Origin: a virus | Length of the DNA stretch: 64,000 bases | Reading direction: 5' to 3' (one strand) | IMG/VR virus record: IMGVR_UViG_3300020411_000483 | Span: 10,021 to 74,020 of that record | Shown: positions 44,201-49,781 of the stretch, piece after piece | Numbering within the stretch: the stretch's first letter is position 1 | Layout: the number at the start of each line of letters is the position of its first letter | The notes under the pieces: generated by a model | Told to the model about the DNA's origin: nothing | The model's database searches: none | Seen by the model: only the letters and a program-made list of their open reading frames with translations | Position numbers and translations under genes: made by a program

Positions 44201-47200
44201 CAGAAGTATCCTTTGTCTTACCACAAACATATACTTCTTTAGTAGTATTGACGAAAATATCGTTAATCTTAACGAAATCGTTATTACTAATCAATGAAGC
44301 ATAATAATCACACTTCTTGAATACCTGTGGGTGAGATAGAATAACACGAGGGTTACTTGTATATCCAGACCCTGAATTTAGAATCTTGAATGATTCAATA
44401 GATCCAACAGAAGAAACAACTGCTTCTATAGATCCACCAGTACCGCTATCACTATCAATAGTAACAGTAGGAGGAATGTCTGTGTTATATCCACTTCCGA
44501 TTGTATTAACAATAACTTCTTCTATACCTTTGTATTGACGGACTACAAATGTCTTATTTGTATTGTCCATTGTAGGAGCATAGTCTACAAAGACTGTATC
44601 TCCAGCAACTAGGTTATGAGGATTAACTGAGGTTAAAATACCATAGTTAACTCCATCAAGGGTTTCATAAGTATATGACTCAACTGCTTCACCTTTAATT
44701 CTTGCAACACGAGCAGAAACACCACTACCATCAGTATCAGTGTTATCAAATATTAGACGGTCATTAACCTGATAAGATATACCTGGGTTTTCAACAGTAA
44801 ATCCAGTTACAGATGCATCTTCAAACTTGGTAATAGTATCAACTTCAATATCAACCTTAGAATCAAATCTTACTTTAGGGAAGTAATCAAACAGTTGTAG
44901 AGGTGCTTCCTCAAACATCTGTTCTGGATCTGCGGTCTCATCAGCAGTAATAACACCATCTCTATTTTCGTCTTCTGGGTCAAATAGGAGTATATCACCT
45001 GCTTCAGTAGTTAAAGCGTTTGTAGAGGCATTTGGAGTCCTCTCAACGTCAATATCTACATTCTCGTATGGGTCTCTATAACGGACAACACCAGTAGGAA
45101 TATTCTGTTGGACAGCATCATCTACTAGGTTCCATGTATCAACTACAGAGTTATAACTTGGTCCTAAAATATAAGGGAATTTTGGATTACCTGCTTCAGC
45201 AGCATCAATAGTAACGAAATAGCAGTATCTACCAGCAGAGAATTCAGGAGTCTTACAGAAACGTCCATTATACTGGTCTAAGTCACCACTACCAAATACA
45301 TATTCGTAGTCTTCAACAAACTTACCAGCAGCTTCGTCTGTTAGTAAAGGACCATCAGTTCTTACAGGATATGGGTTTGAAACAGCATCATAGACTAGAT
45401 TTGTCTTAAGACTATAAGATGTGTTTAATCTTTGTACCTGTGAAGTCTGATTAGTTGGGTCAGAGTAACCATAAGGTCCATAAATTGGGTTACCATCAAA
45501 TGCCCACCCAATAATAGGTGAGTGTGTTAACTGGACATCCTGCTCAAGGATTGTACCAGATTCTGATTCATATAGATTATCACCTAAAATATATCTTAAT
45601 TTCTGTGGGTTAGAGAGGTGAGCATATTCTCCACCATATTGTACGTTAAATCCTTCAAATACAGATCCTTTCGCAGTATCGAAGGTAGAAGTCTCTTGTA
45701 AATTATAAGTCCACTCAAATACGTTTGCTGTAAAGGTAGCATTAATACCAATAGAAGTGAGGTTAATTAATGTTGTACCTTGAATATATCCAATACCTTT
45801 GTTGGTAATAGTGATACCAGTAACTTTACCAGCATTCTCACCGTCAACATCGATAGTTGCTTTTGCTACAGCACCAAATCCTTGACCCTGTATGCTAACT
45901 TCAGGAGCAGTAGTGTATCCGCTACCAGCAGAAATAATAGCAATCGATATAATTCTACCATTGTTAACAATTGCCTGAGCAACAGCACCACTACCAGATG
46001 ATAGTTTTACATTTGGTTTTGAAGTATAAGATGCACCACCATTGGTGATATTAACAGTCTTAATTGGACCTCTGACAGATGCAGTAGCAGTTGCCCCAGA
46101 TCCACCTCCACCGACTATAGTTATCTCAGGTTGAGAAGTATATCCACTTCCTCCAGCATTTATTAGTACTCTTGAAACGACTCCTTTCGTTATAATCGCA
46201 GTTGCAGCAGCACCTGAGCCACCTCCACCAACGATAGAAACAAGAGGTGAAGAAGTGTAACCACTACCACCTGCTGTTACATCAATAGAAGAAATTGCAC
46301 CGTCAACTGTAACAGTTGCAGTTGCTCCAGATCCACCACCCCCAGTAAGGGTCATTGCAGGAGGAGAAGCAGCATCGTAACCTTCACCAGCAGCAGAAAT
46401 GCTAATAGAGGTTACAGCACCAAAGGTTTTAGTTTGTTTAGACTTATAAGACCAAATTGATACACCATTAACCCATGTTCCAATTGGACCAGGGACAATA
46501 GCAGTCTTAGTTGAAATAGTAGTAGGAAGTAAGGCAAACCTGTTTAATTTACGTTGGTTGCCTGGTAATAAAGCAGATCCAGGGAATGGACCAATTTCAT
46601 AGTTTGGAATACCAGTAGATGCAACATAAACGTAACTGGTATTGAAAAATGTATTCTGAACGTTAGTAGTGTAAGGTCCAATAGCATTACTAATTGCAGT
46701 ATTAACTGACTTACCTTTGTTAAGGTCAACTGAAATTAGAATATTACCCTGTGGCACAACTTGTGCTGGTTGAGGTAATTGATATTGGAATACAGTCGTG
46801 GAATCCCTTGATGTTACTAGGAAACTTCCGTTATAAAGAATTGGGTTTGCACCATAAATTGTAACTTGGTCTCCAACCAATAAACCATGAGGGTTAGCAC
46901 AAGTAACTGTAGCAGACTGATTATTAACACCACCATAAGCAATGCTAGTTACATTAATGAGTTTCTTAACGTTATACAACCAAGTTGTTAGTTGAGGTTG
47001 TGTAGATGTGCCTCCCAACTTAGAAACAGTTAATTTATCTCCTGGTAGGTAGTAAGAACCTGTATCAGTTAATGTAGTTTGGTTAGCATCAACGATACCA
47101 ACCACATTCATCACAACTTCTTGTAATGTGCCTTTATTGAGGTAAACTACGAAATTAGACTTAACTACTGTAGCAGAGTCCCAAATTTGTGCATTTGATG

Positions 47201-49775
47201 CTCTAGTACACTCAATAAACTGGTTTAATGACTTTTCTTTATATCTAACCGTCTCTTTGTCACCAATGACTATTTCACCGTTCCTTTCTGGCCAACCGAT
47301 GGTGGAGTCAACCGTAATAATGTCACTGGTGGCTGTGAGAGGCTCAGCGAGTTTTGTTTTGTAAGGTACAATAAATGTGCCTTGAATAGTTTCTTCTGAT
47401 AGGACTAATTCAAATATCTCTAGGTCAGAAGTCTTAATTGAAATATAGTTTTCAACCAATGCAGATGCTGCTTTAATATTAGGGTCAGCAATATCAGCAA
47501 CCTGTTGAATTAAAGCATCTTGAATGTTGCGAGGGTCACCTGAAACCAGTGTAGCACGCAAAATTGTGTTAATAGACCAAGTAGCAGCAGATGGCTTAGT
47601 AATTTGGTCTTTTGGATATGAAATACTTACACTTTCACCATATAGTAACTTAAAGAGATAAGCAATACTAAATGATGTGCCTTTTGTTGAATAGAAGGTC
47701 TTAATGTGCTTAATAGCACTTCTTACATCAATACTATCATAATCTAACTGAGGAACATCAGGAAGGAATTGCTCTGTGTACTTATCAAGCAATCTCTTAA
47801 CAAATAGTGCATCAAGACACTTAACTTCAGAATCAACAGCATGTGCAGCAGCAGAAGTGTCTCCAGAGAATACTGCGTTACCTTCTTCAGTATATTCCTT
47901 AATACCACTAGCAGCTCTAGCACAACCAGTTAGTTTACATTTGGTGTAATTGGCACCAGCATTGATAACTTGGAAACCAGTTACTTCACCCAAACCAATA
48001 TCTACAGATGCAGAAGCATGTGGAGGTGGTTGAATAAAGACTTTTGGAGGATTAGCAGCACTATAACCACTACCAAAGGCAGTTATGTTAATATCAGTAA
48101 TAGCACCGTTAAAAATGGATGCAGCAGCAGTTGCTCCTGATCCTGGATTTGTAGTCCTTTCATCAACGATATAAACAGATGGAATATCCTCATATCCACT
48201 GCCACCAGATAATAATTCGATGTCAGTGATTCTTCCATCACCATCAACCTTAGTTTCTAGTATTTGAGCACCAACTGGGTCAATAACTGCAACCCTTGGT
48301 GTTGTTTCATAACCTTGACCAGCATTCAATACAGTTATACTTGCAAGTTCTCCAGTAGGAGTTAATACAGTCTGGAATGATGCTTTAATACCATTTAACC
48401 CAGTAGGCTCATCAACATAGATTGCTGGAGGTGTAGTATATCCAAATCCATTCTTAGTAATAGGAGGAGCAGCAGCAAAACTACCAGCAGTGATAGTTGG
48501 GGTGCCTAATTCAGCTCCACCAGGTTGCACAAAGGTTAATCTTGGTGTAAAGGTGTATCCTGACCCACTACTGGTGACAGTAAGAGCAGTAACAGCACCA
48601 TCTACAACTGTTGCATTAACAGTAGCAGCAGTTGAACCTTCTTTGGTTGGAGTTTGAATTTGGACGACTGGAGGGTTGGATGTAGAATATCCAGCACCAC
48701 CTGTTAGTAGTGATACAGATTTAACACCATTAATTAATGGTTTTACAGAAGCATCTCTACCAGTCGTTGATTTGACTGAAATCTTAGGTGGAAACTCAAA
48801 TCTATAATTTTTACCAGTATTATTAACTTCAACTGAACTTAGTGCTCCTAATGCATCAACACGAGAGAATCCAACAGCACCAGTACCAAAAGAAGGAATT
48901 GGTGCTTCAATTGAGAATACATCTAGTCTTCTACCTGCAATAGGAGTAAATCCTAGGGTAATATATGTCTCGTCAAACGTAAAATCAACTTTTGGTGTTA
49001 AAAGTCTGTTATCATAAATCGCAATACAATATTCGTCTACAATCGGTGCATAAGGTAAATTTGCAACCGTCATTTGGAAAGTTTTCTTACCATCTCCAAA
49101 TGAACCTGAAATATTATCTAATGCTACAATACTATTCTCAATAAAACCATTGAGATATGTGATATTAGTTGCTGTTGTATCATCTGATGCAAGTCTAGTC
49201 CTTGGTGCAACACTGAATACAATACTTGTGCCATCTATAGTATAATCAACGCCTGGTACCTGTATTTCACCATATACCTTTACTATTAGGTGTTGAGCAC
49301 TTGGAGGTGCTACAGGAGCGTCCTGAGAGGTTAATGAAAACCTTTGTGTGTTACCATCAAACTGATTAATAATATTAGCAAGAGTAATCCACTTAAGTTT
49401 TACCTGCTCATATGAAATACCTGGTGAAAGTGCAATACTTGGAGAAGCAACTGCTTTTTCATAGAAGATGATCTCATCTCCTATCATCACACTACCATTA
49501 TCAGTTAAAAATTTATCTACGTTCTCAACAACAATCTCTGTATCATCTATTAATGAAGCTTCAACAATCTTTGTAGCACCACCTAATATCCCAACATCTA
49601 GTTTATCAATATCGAGATAATTTAGAAAATTATTAAGTATATTTTGTCCAAACCCTGTCTTCTCTTGTGACTTATAATAATACTCCAGAAACTTGTCAAA
49701 CAGGGGATACCCGTCCGAAATGAACTGAGGGGTCTGTCTTGCTATCGCTTGCGATACCTTACTACTTGTCGTCAT
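26199..49775 (-). CDS. g7: Giant baseplate wedge initiator (gp7-like, 7858 aa), multi-domain
   Basis: Follows g6. N-terminal Q.PQFI...YP.F..FLEYYYKSQE; gp7-type IK.FY.TKGT..S..YLFKLLY and IQDSYYYQDFSY..HPA.FKVFG; also YHYH, beta-propeller-like, two LamG-like, helical and nested beta repeats. Confidence 0.85.
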   Translation of the reverse strand: MTTSSKVSQAIARQTPQFISDGYPLFDKFLEYYYKSQEKTGFGQNILNNFLNYLDIDKLDVGILGGATKIVEASLIDDTEIVVENVDKFLTDNGSVMIGDEIIFYEKAVASPSIALSPGISYEQVKLKWITLANIINQFDGNTQRFSLTSQDAPVAPPSAQHLIVKVYGEIQVPGVDYTIDGTSIVFSVAPRTRLASDDTTATNITYLNGFIENSIVALDNISGSFGDGKKTFQMTVANLPYAPIVDEYCIAIYDNRLLTPKVDFTFDETYITLGFTPIAGRRLDVFSIEAPIPSFGTGAVGFSRVDALGALSSVEVNNTGKNYRFEFPPKISVKSTTGRDASVKPLINGVKSVSLLTGGAGYSTSNPPVVQIQTPTKEGSTAATVNATVVDGAVTALTVTSSGSGYTFTPRLTFVQPGGAELGTPTITAGSFAAAPPITKNGFGYTTPPAIYVDEPTGLNGIKASFQTVLTPTGELASITVLNAGQGYETTPRVAVIDPVGAQILETKVDGDGRITDIELLSGGSGYEDIPSVYIVDERTTNPGSGATAAASIFNGAITDINITAFGSGYSAANPPKVFIQPPPHASASVDIGLGEVTGFQVINAGANYTKCKLTGCARAASGIKEYTEEGNAVFSGDTSAAAHAVDSEVKCLDALFVKRLLDKYTEQFLPDVPQLDYDSIDVRSAIKHIKTFYSTKGTSFSIAYLFKLLYGESVSISYPKDQITKPSAATWSINTILRATLVSGDPRNIQDALIQQVADIADPNIKAASALVENYISIKTSDLEIFELVLSEETIQGTFIVPYKTKLAEPLTATSDIITVDSTIGWPERNGEIVIGDKETVRYKEKSLNQFIECTRASNAQIWDSATVVKSNFVVYLNKGTLQEVVMNVVGIVDANQTTLTDTGSYYLPGDKLTVSKLGGTSTQPQLTTWLYNVKKLINVTSIAYGGVNNQSATVTCANPHGLLVGDQVTIYGANPILYNGSFLVTSRDSTTVFQYQLPQPAQVVPQGNILISVDLNKGKSVNTAISNAIGPYTTNVQNTFFNTSYVYVASTGIPNYEIGPFPGSALLPGNQRKLNRFALLPTTISTKTAIVPGPIGTWVNGVSIWSYKSKQTKTFGAVTSISISAAGEGYDAASPPAMTLTGGGGSGATATVTVDGAISSIDVTAGGSGYTSSPLVSIVGGGGSGAAATAIITKGVVSRVLINAGGSGYTSQPEITIVGGGGSGATATASVRGPIKTVNITNGGASYTSKPNVKLSSGSGAVAQAIVNNGRIISIAIISAGSGYTTAPEVSIQGQGFGAVAKATIDVDGENAGKVTGITITNKGIGYIQGTTLINLTSIGINATFTANVFEWTYNLQETSTFDTAKGSVFEGFNVQYGGEYAHLSNPQKLRYILGDNLYESESGTILEQDVQLTHSPIIGWAFDGNPIYGPYGYSDPTNQTSQVQRLNTSYSLKTNLVYDAVSNPYPVRTDGPLLTDEAAGKFVEDYEYVFGSGDLDQYNGRFCKTPEFSAGRYCYFVTIDAAEAGNPKFPYILGPSYNSVVDTWNLVDDAVQQNIPTGVVRYRDPYENVDIDVERTPNASTNALTTEAGDILLFDPEDENRDGVITADETADPEQMFEEAPLQLFDYFPKVRFDSKVDIEVDTITKFEDASVTGFTVENPGISYQVNDRLIFDNTDTDGSGVSARVARIKGEAVESYTYETLDGVNYGILTSVNPHNLVAGDTVFVDYAPTMDNTNKTFVVRQYKGIEEVIVNTIGSGYNTDIPPTVTIDSDSGTGGSIEAVVSSVGSIESFKILNSGSGYTSNPRVILSHPQVFKKCDYYASLISNNDFVKINDIFVNTTKEVYVCGKTKDTSGNTVGIVAKLSATGVKEWEKTLESTAPNTGTTYLEFNKIYVDGNDIWVAGTNRPNITVLDAYNPDVILCKYLEASNGLSAGLAIQKAYAGISGSTREDYVTALTKLSSNPTRFIMGGYTNTNSANPYDAFLAVTDTAGSFVVKRKLATAAGNEKITDITVASDGSVYFTMETSTSAASNDINVSFGKATVGINVITIEWIKEISNTLYSFQNASVCFDEFNEFYVTATCRLKSDDVTKDSFWICKFDAAGAVLWNKRYVAEARDIEVVGKTRVDIFGDVNVAYTHSASQVDGKKIVNTAKIKYDGTMLNHTSNEFRVDTATANTTEGWTAHSLDIDNSGDLHVFGQASHNRNEFIYDFASNQTTDITGHYTLGIGQTTNSVTVADNMAKIYGYNPAGSNSTWVNSYLSVTNTQLGTKLGDNWTLEFFIYKNASESQTLSQGFQTLVGIGGAQDATGGLWLGYNTSNGKLTFVVTNNSTTIAAGSAIESTQTTMYANNSWQTIGVSKNGDTFKAYVNGIEVLSGTQSNTSLGNKTLYFGNQIGFGSGATDFSAGKQGQFYIDNIRLRNRALVPTVPSDITTLPPVASYGLTFDWVDDAWFTNHLNKYDYIDFNAVGLKVDKNADAARLGVKTAFTNTQLSLTRTAITPVTGSTLTIGNVGLSLGDAGFQSLDFDDANVAYTEATESMTYVQDIWSSRTGTVPSPGSTKVNATAKVKDRYFFKVTDTSKIDNIQELTINQAFNFTVGAKLMLKNGNTFINSGYITSVDKDNNKVYVAVNNNVWTNDTNTGQLSTERFDEQSTYGIRGPIPNDTNEIAAYTFAEVNNTTPGTFDIDLDDYNLDGTYNAGGSQNLDSFAKFKAWSGSDYTVRIDEVAGGSAYIVGSVVDVPANQTSFNAAYSTLQITGLTAVTKITLVANLTKILQVSSVANSDQVYVITSTSHYLTPGEMVYVDGNPSQTYNSVVYDEYDGAFFVKDVISVKEFTYKLPQAAVTDPATTPGNVSIFVKSPTLKMFYGHQYIFDLSHSSLVGGNLSFAKDSLYKLEYSFNSIERIGTPGVTGQGVPTPSVKFKVDGDVVTNISYYFDPSRTTSDTSPVIPGSYLDVVDSPYKGTFEISSTSGATITRGDDAMRFILANEPEGAAEVSPSSYSTSSVKAVGSIASIRIVNSGGFYTKLPIISNIESTRKIERVDIKTPGTEYAVGEYTGVPIAGDGEGGLVSITVADGTDAEGVTIPGQINSVAVTSPGKNYTTASIDIDSIPGILGSGLTGSGAELTVVIPSSGSGASIFTKGDKVGKIKKLKNNNFGYDYPHDYTLRPEITFPLNCQLTSTSILASITVTDPGSGYSQAPAVVITGGGGSGAVAEASIKNGRLDNIIVKDPGAGYSSTPTIALRSAFNYVVNLDLGLLQFAFPHGIANGSAVTLNVVDTGDGAEYPLAAGAIGRLNSSTTYYAIAGAANSLETDQLKLAITASNAALGDAISFVNAGTGRQQVLTESFGGAATANVATSVFDEGELVYQGDTFATATATGYVSENNGWQIGPRILKIVDYTGDFIEGQKITGVISKSSGVISDLNIAKGVLEIGSITQTTGQFIDDVGKPSEIIQKIQDSYYYQDFSYAVNSATSISEWKDILLRNVHPASFKVFGELNLQEYGSIPNKETAFQLTKSVELAQSAIVPNIQNFALVEPVYQEFNNTEVLFRQKRLTSSENILTSVVQRIDDISNLFDGERIAFPLTVSGDNVVANANQLMIILNGIAQTPGISFQVQSDNIVFSEPPQPPASIKYASVTITQIATKKFVFSNISGIFPIAGQYVVGSSSAAKFRVTSVVGNDIFGYITEGTFTIGELVNVSATGFSATLNSQTDVVNNGLFMFGETITNFEGNTAKIEEINLAKGQETPLAKLRYTIGQSTTSFEVVPVTGAAAALPAGTFVATKNYQFGSEIFRVDTITDGAESTTLGVTRAQLGTAATAQLENTPLYGTDITITNALVLSKTTGTYQSTPGLFDIQLNDVIIAAKSGVVATIASTSPYQDPVTNEFISQVNISEGSSFFGLLFNRIASQTYPNVVLDDISQSQISIVDFTDNLTAFDSKFPANELINNYVIKTTNITGTFQENEFIRNYKIDYGNNSGTFLENEEGFVRKLTFTDKQGAGFFNQGNVIRSRNSKAEVIGYNQARSTVYLGKMGRSTASGSDFHTVTFNGGAQLDTAQKKWGTASLLLDGTGDYLLVAANQEFGFGTGALTLEAWIRPANVTGEHTIIDTRSASATDTALRLYTDGTALKVAVGNTAAANGGTLAINTWYHVAVTKTGTSTKIFVNGAQVGSTYTDNNNYGASKPVYIGADYAGATGFNGHIDEVRVSTTARYTGAYTLPTGIFQGDSNTKLLYHFDGPDAATYVDDWSGTGTWVDGDYFNNDAILATKRKTGGNLSAHSLNTHRYLNAADLLNSNKEFLAKEVVWRLEHQSPYSPFNVLTGTVNCTDDVQDIIDALIKDVRNGGNSYLWDAAALYVNRNVSPITVNHIETEVEETIWVHEELSRLAQQIITNQHIQILGDHGLTQVTDTTITDSTNASPSTITPTTGSYDTSTGELTLTKAAHGLTAGAAITATGATYDANTGIMVVTSNGHGLNPGDKVKMEDGAVTMTCDMDGNKSEHAYPRPEDPASEKWIEVGVVSTNTFEIFVGKKPLVAYKPTASTYDAATGLMSLTIGDHNFAAGQTIKLANNSLNFTCAMDDNNAIKSYPRSTDPVYEEAIPIKYEGTPYTPTNAVYTPTTGEMIVTLIGHGFAVNDQVKLSDGAVTFSCAKDNNQSDHSYPRATDPVANSWITISAVTTNTFTINVGKSPDISAHTYLRWDHNSVVKKDNTIQLDVGKSPIIQHDVSAASFTPASGALDITIGSHNLLVGDSIKFADNSLTFTCAQDSNATNHTYPRTDILNHTPTNATYNPTTGILSLTVGGHGMLDGDWVKLDANCLTFTCAADSNQTNHTYPRSTDPIANKWIQVSNVSTNGFDIQVLDSAPSTNTSAHTFVSAVSNGVKQKKDRAYDTAIEVTGVGTTNLTASTAAYTPTTGKLTITSNSHGLTGATQHTPTAASYAPATGILTITLSSHGFSNGDRIQIVDNSLTMTCAKDSDATFHTYPRSSDPVSGKWLPITKIDTNSFTVDVHKSQDLSAHTFISWASNGLLRARDMVKFDADSLTFTCAKDSNATNHTYPRVTDPLASQWVPVTGVTTNTFDVNTGPSTNTSAHTFVSATSNGIKKQTGVISVNVGISSNTTTHAFVSATAGAVKAGGVYAHTFKNANNTYTPSTASYTPATGVLTLTINGHGFQNGEWVKIADNGLTFTCAQDSNATNHTYPRAAGAQFTATTGTAYNPTTGILSITTTAAHNLANGDEIKIANDSLTFTCAMDGNTVNKTYPRASDPVSARWLKVSNVASTSFDVQVLDITPSSNTSTHTFVSASANGIQTRDPASGKWLKISGVTTNTFNVNVSASSNTSTHTFVSAISGCVSRAVIMSGGDHAHTFVSGKTNAFHKEGSSITIDKESLTFECALDEFGSEHTYPRTSDPFYNKVLPIVKATTNTFTVNVGKSTQPDDYIPYTPSAATYDPATGDMVLTIGTHDITTDDFVEIDDNSLTFTCAMDNNQSQKTYPRPGHDTRTSGKLKAVTAIGSTSHTPSFAAYNPTTGVMTITLDAHGFSAGDRVKFDAGAVTFTCAQDSNATNHAYPRTTDPTFGKWLKITNVTTTQFDIQVGTSTNTTAHNFASALNNGMKRQNGQITVNVGAAGTNAQFTPSAATYNAVTGDMTLTIGQHGIQVGSNIVLANDSLTFNCTMDGGSSNKTYPRATDPYGQSKSIRVDEVGYVSTTATNVAYTPSTGVMVITVPSHGYSNNDYIQIVEGSLVMRCALDGNQTDHAYPRKTDPYYGKWLKISNVATDTFQVNVGISSDTTTHSFVSAATNGIRKQSGVITVNVGKSPAIGYDVSAASFVPATGLLTVTIGEHDLTTNHKVRIANNSLTFTCAQDSHGSNHTYPRANGQGGASADDPAYNDAVTITAVTATTITLNVGTSSNTTAHTFVSANSNYTATGATYSPTTGLLTLTVNGHGFVNGERIKIADNSLTFSCAKDSNATNHTYPRPSDPVSGKWLTISGVTTNTFQVQVLDSLPSTNVSAHTFVSATANGIKRAVIHAGGDYAHTFVTAASNAVSYTPNSSHLFVSAKGGAIKKWLHTHKWVKAVADCVKVLGYSNGDCSDVQSTVDNLLSVVIDTLIEANQAVAVDHLATITKLTPQHEYVGATADAFLEIPFNIDDVATGLAYTQRVDLATRDRFRDAANLIRLNRGPIVDKTAADMIARYPELTLGMPRNADGSGAGTLRCKTDLGIILDAIANDIEDGGNFNTLIAVKNYLGTNDEIQHVRLQLLQSLYAHNRLGFYAKQSVTGDLTDANTDSVIIGDWGITQDTATNFSPTAATYDPVTGDMVLTIGTHSLTVGRKINIAAGGLKFTCAMDGNSSAKDYPRASDPWYNKNILIKAVTATTITVNIGASPTKYFTPTAATYDPTTGVLVLTIGAHNLAVGTAIQIAQQSLTFTCAQDSHGSNHQYPRANGQGGASADDPAYNDAVAITAVDDNTITVNVGTSTNTTAHLFVSASANAIVTGGNYAHTFVSAVANSVTAPGDCTNVKDALDTLVLLANETLAPNGDRYRDAGDLLHFNKDYIAEEAVGLLDAEFSYTLNNILYQSFQYPGGATGRDTCKKDIKLLLDSVISDLQTGGNSNTIRAIENYIATSGGIKQVEDQLLSTMYAFQQVKKLGKLAIINNLYNQGITGLTGDQYAAMWTTEVAYRDATITDSKGDTAYLSDDCIDAVNAFENLMDIAIDTLSPSDDAGRSAGRMILNNKNYYDQELENLVNSQWGSGAWSADINTFLETTVNDVIHDLAITDTSKFGNARNITLTNVIGEFSEGEVVTSSGGGYASVKEYITETQMLVIGDVTGTNWASVDDLTGTSGATAVVNVVGPTYDYYTTVANVQSLASTRIITTGIADQVAGINLFTNPEDFTANWTASGSSIDGNVTADPDDQLLAEKVVVDSSTGEHTISRNYSLTAYDTFDDTSIKWDTTGQKFDEGAITTAQTFTFSAFIKKAEFDKVRFQMTLDTGTSAEQNAFFDLDLSNASFGSIFTPQQGITANAYGSVPVGGGWIRAYIQITFSFGFTTLTNKVIVKNAGGSTNYAGDGVSGVYVWGAKLTKSALDPYVSAYGTTFYADNDFNIKNYILETLETQIDGALSQSLTSPSPGASFYAFTSATLAKDYNTLSIMRVVRYLLGMVKKQLVNNAHYTNITNQTGIVTPAKTYGTRDIPIPLGGGINNADNFFGGTSGAYAEVESITRNEGKIVQVYSRFRIDGTITDGPFTMNEAIQKQGDNTKTGIVYGFHEDANFKYVDVKITAGTFAVLDTIVGAANSTTCQISNIETRMHIIDKIGTFDANVGFQGYTSGATADVNANITAEAAVLTNTGGKLVVDTASLLGTFEKTAVVYAESSRQYLEVAKFGGLDVAIGNRIVSDGYTRIGISILTNLNNFTVGNRLYKVVSGVQDTANYGIITSVDLSNNYIYYAPVMGSLTNGDIVGDYGQGESFPVGYATITTSVVTAGAAGALVQDIETVGVNKRIYMSDIVGTFDTKDAIKSLNGYKAVVKSKQDIKARVKRSFKGFDGVQTQFKLTQNNGTAYLPDSEGHMLIFVNGILQPPGAANAYTAFSDTIQFTEAPTIGSAFTGFYVGKLRQLDDISFDFDSLRQSFNLKRNGVFYSLTLTDGVQSTVIRPENNIIVSLNGVIQEPGVGFELVGSRIIFSEIPRVGSTFVAFSYVGSEADVDAAEVVPPIEPGDFIDIQGETSDREVAVIESSNSLITFDYLGSVFGKDAVGSATITSGSIASVQVTSVGSGYTTRPSVRVDSISGFDAQIKALVGVGECVISNQGSGYSAPGISVDTSVPDDWTAPDLSQYGEEVIDPEIIP
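30225..36490 (-). repeat. 18 nested ~100-aa repeat units within g7
   Basis: I count 18 copies of LTF.CA.D......H.YPR..DP, with associated A.Y.P.TG.L..TI..H and HTFVSA motifs. Confidence 0.88.
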
Positions 49776-49781
49776 TATACC

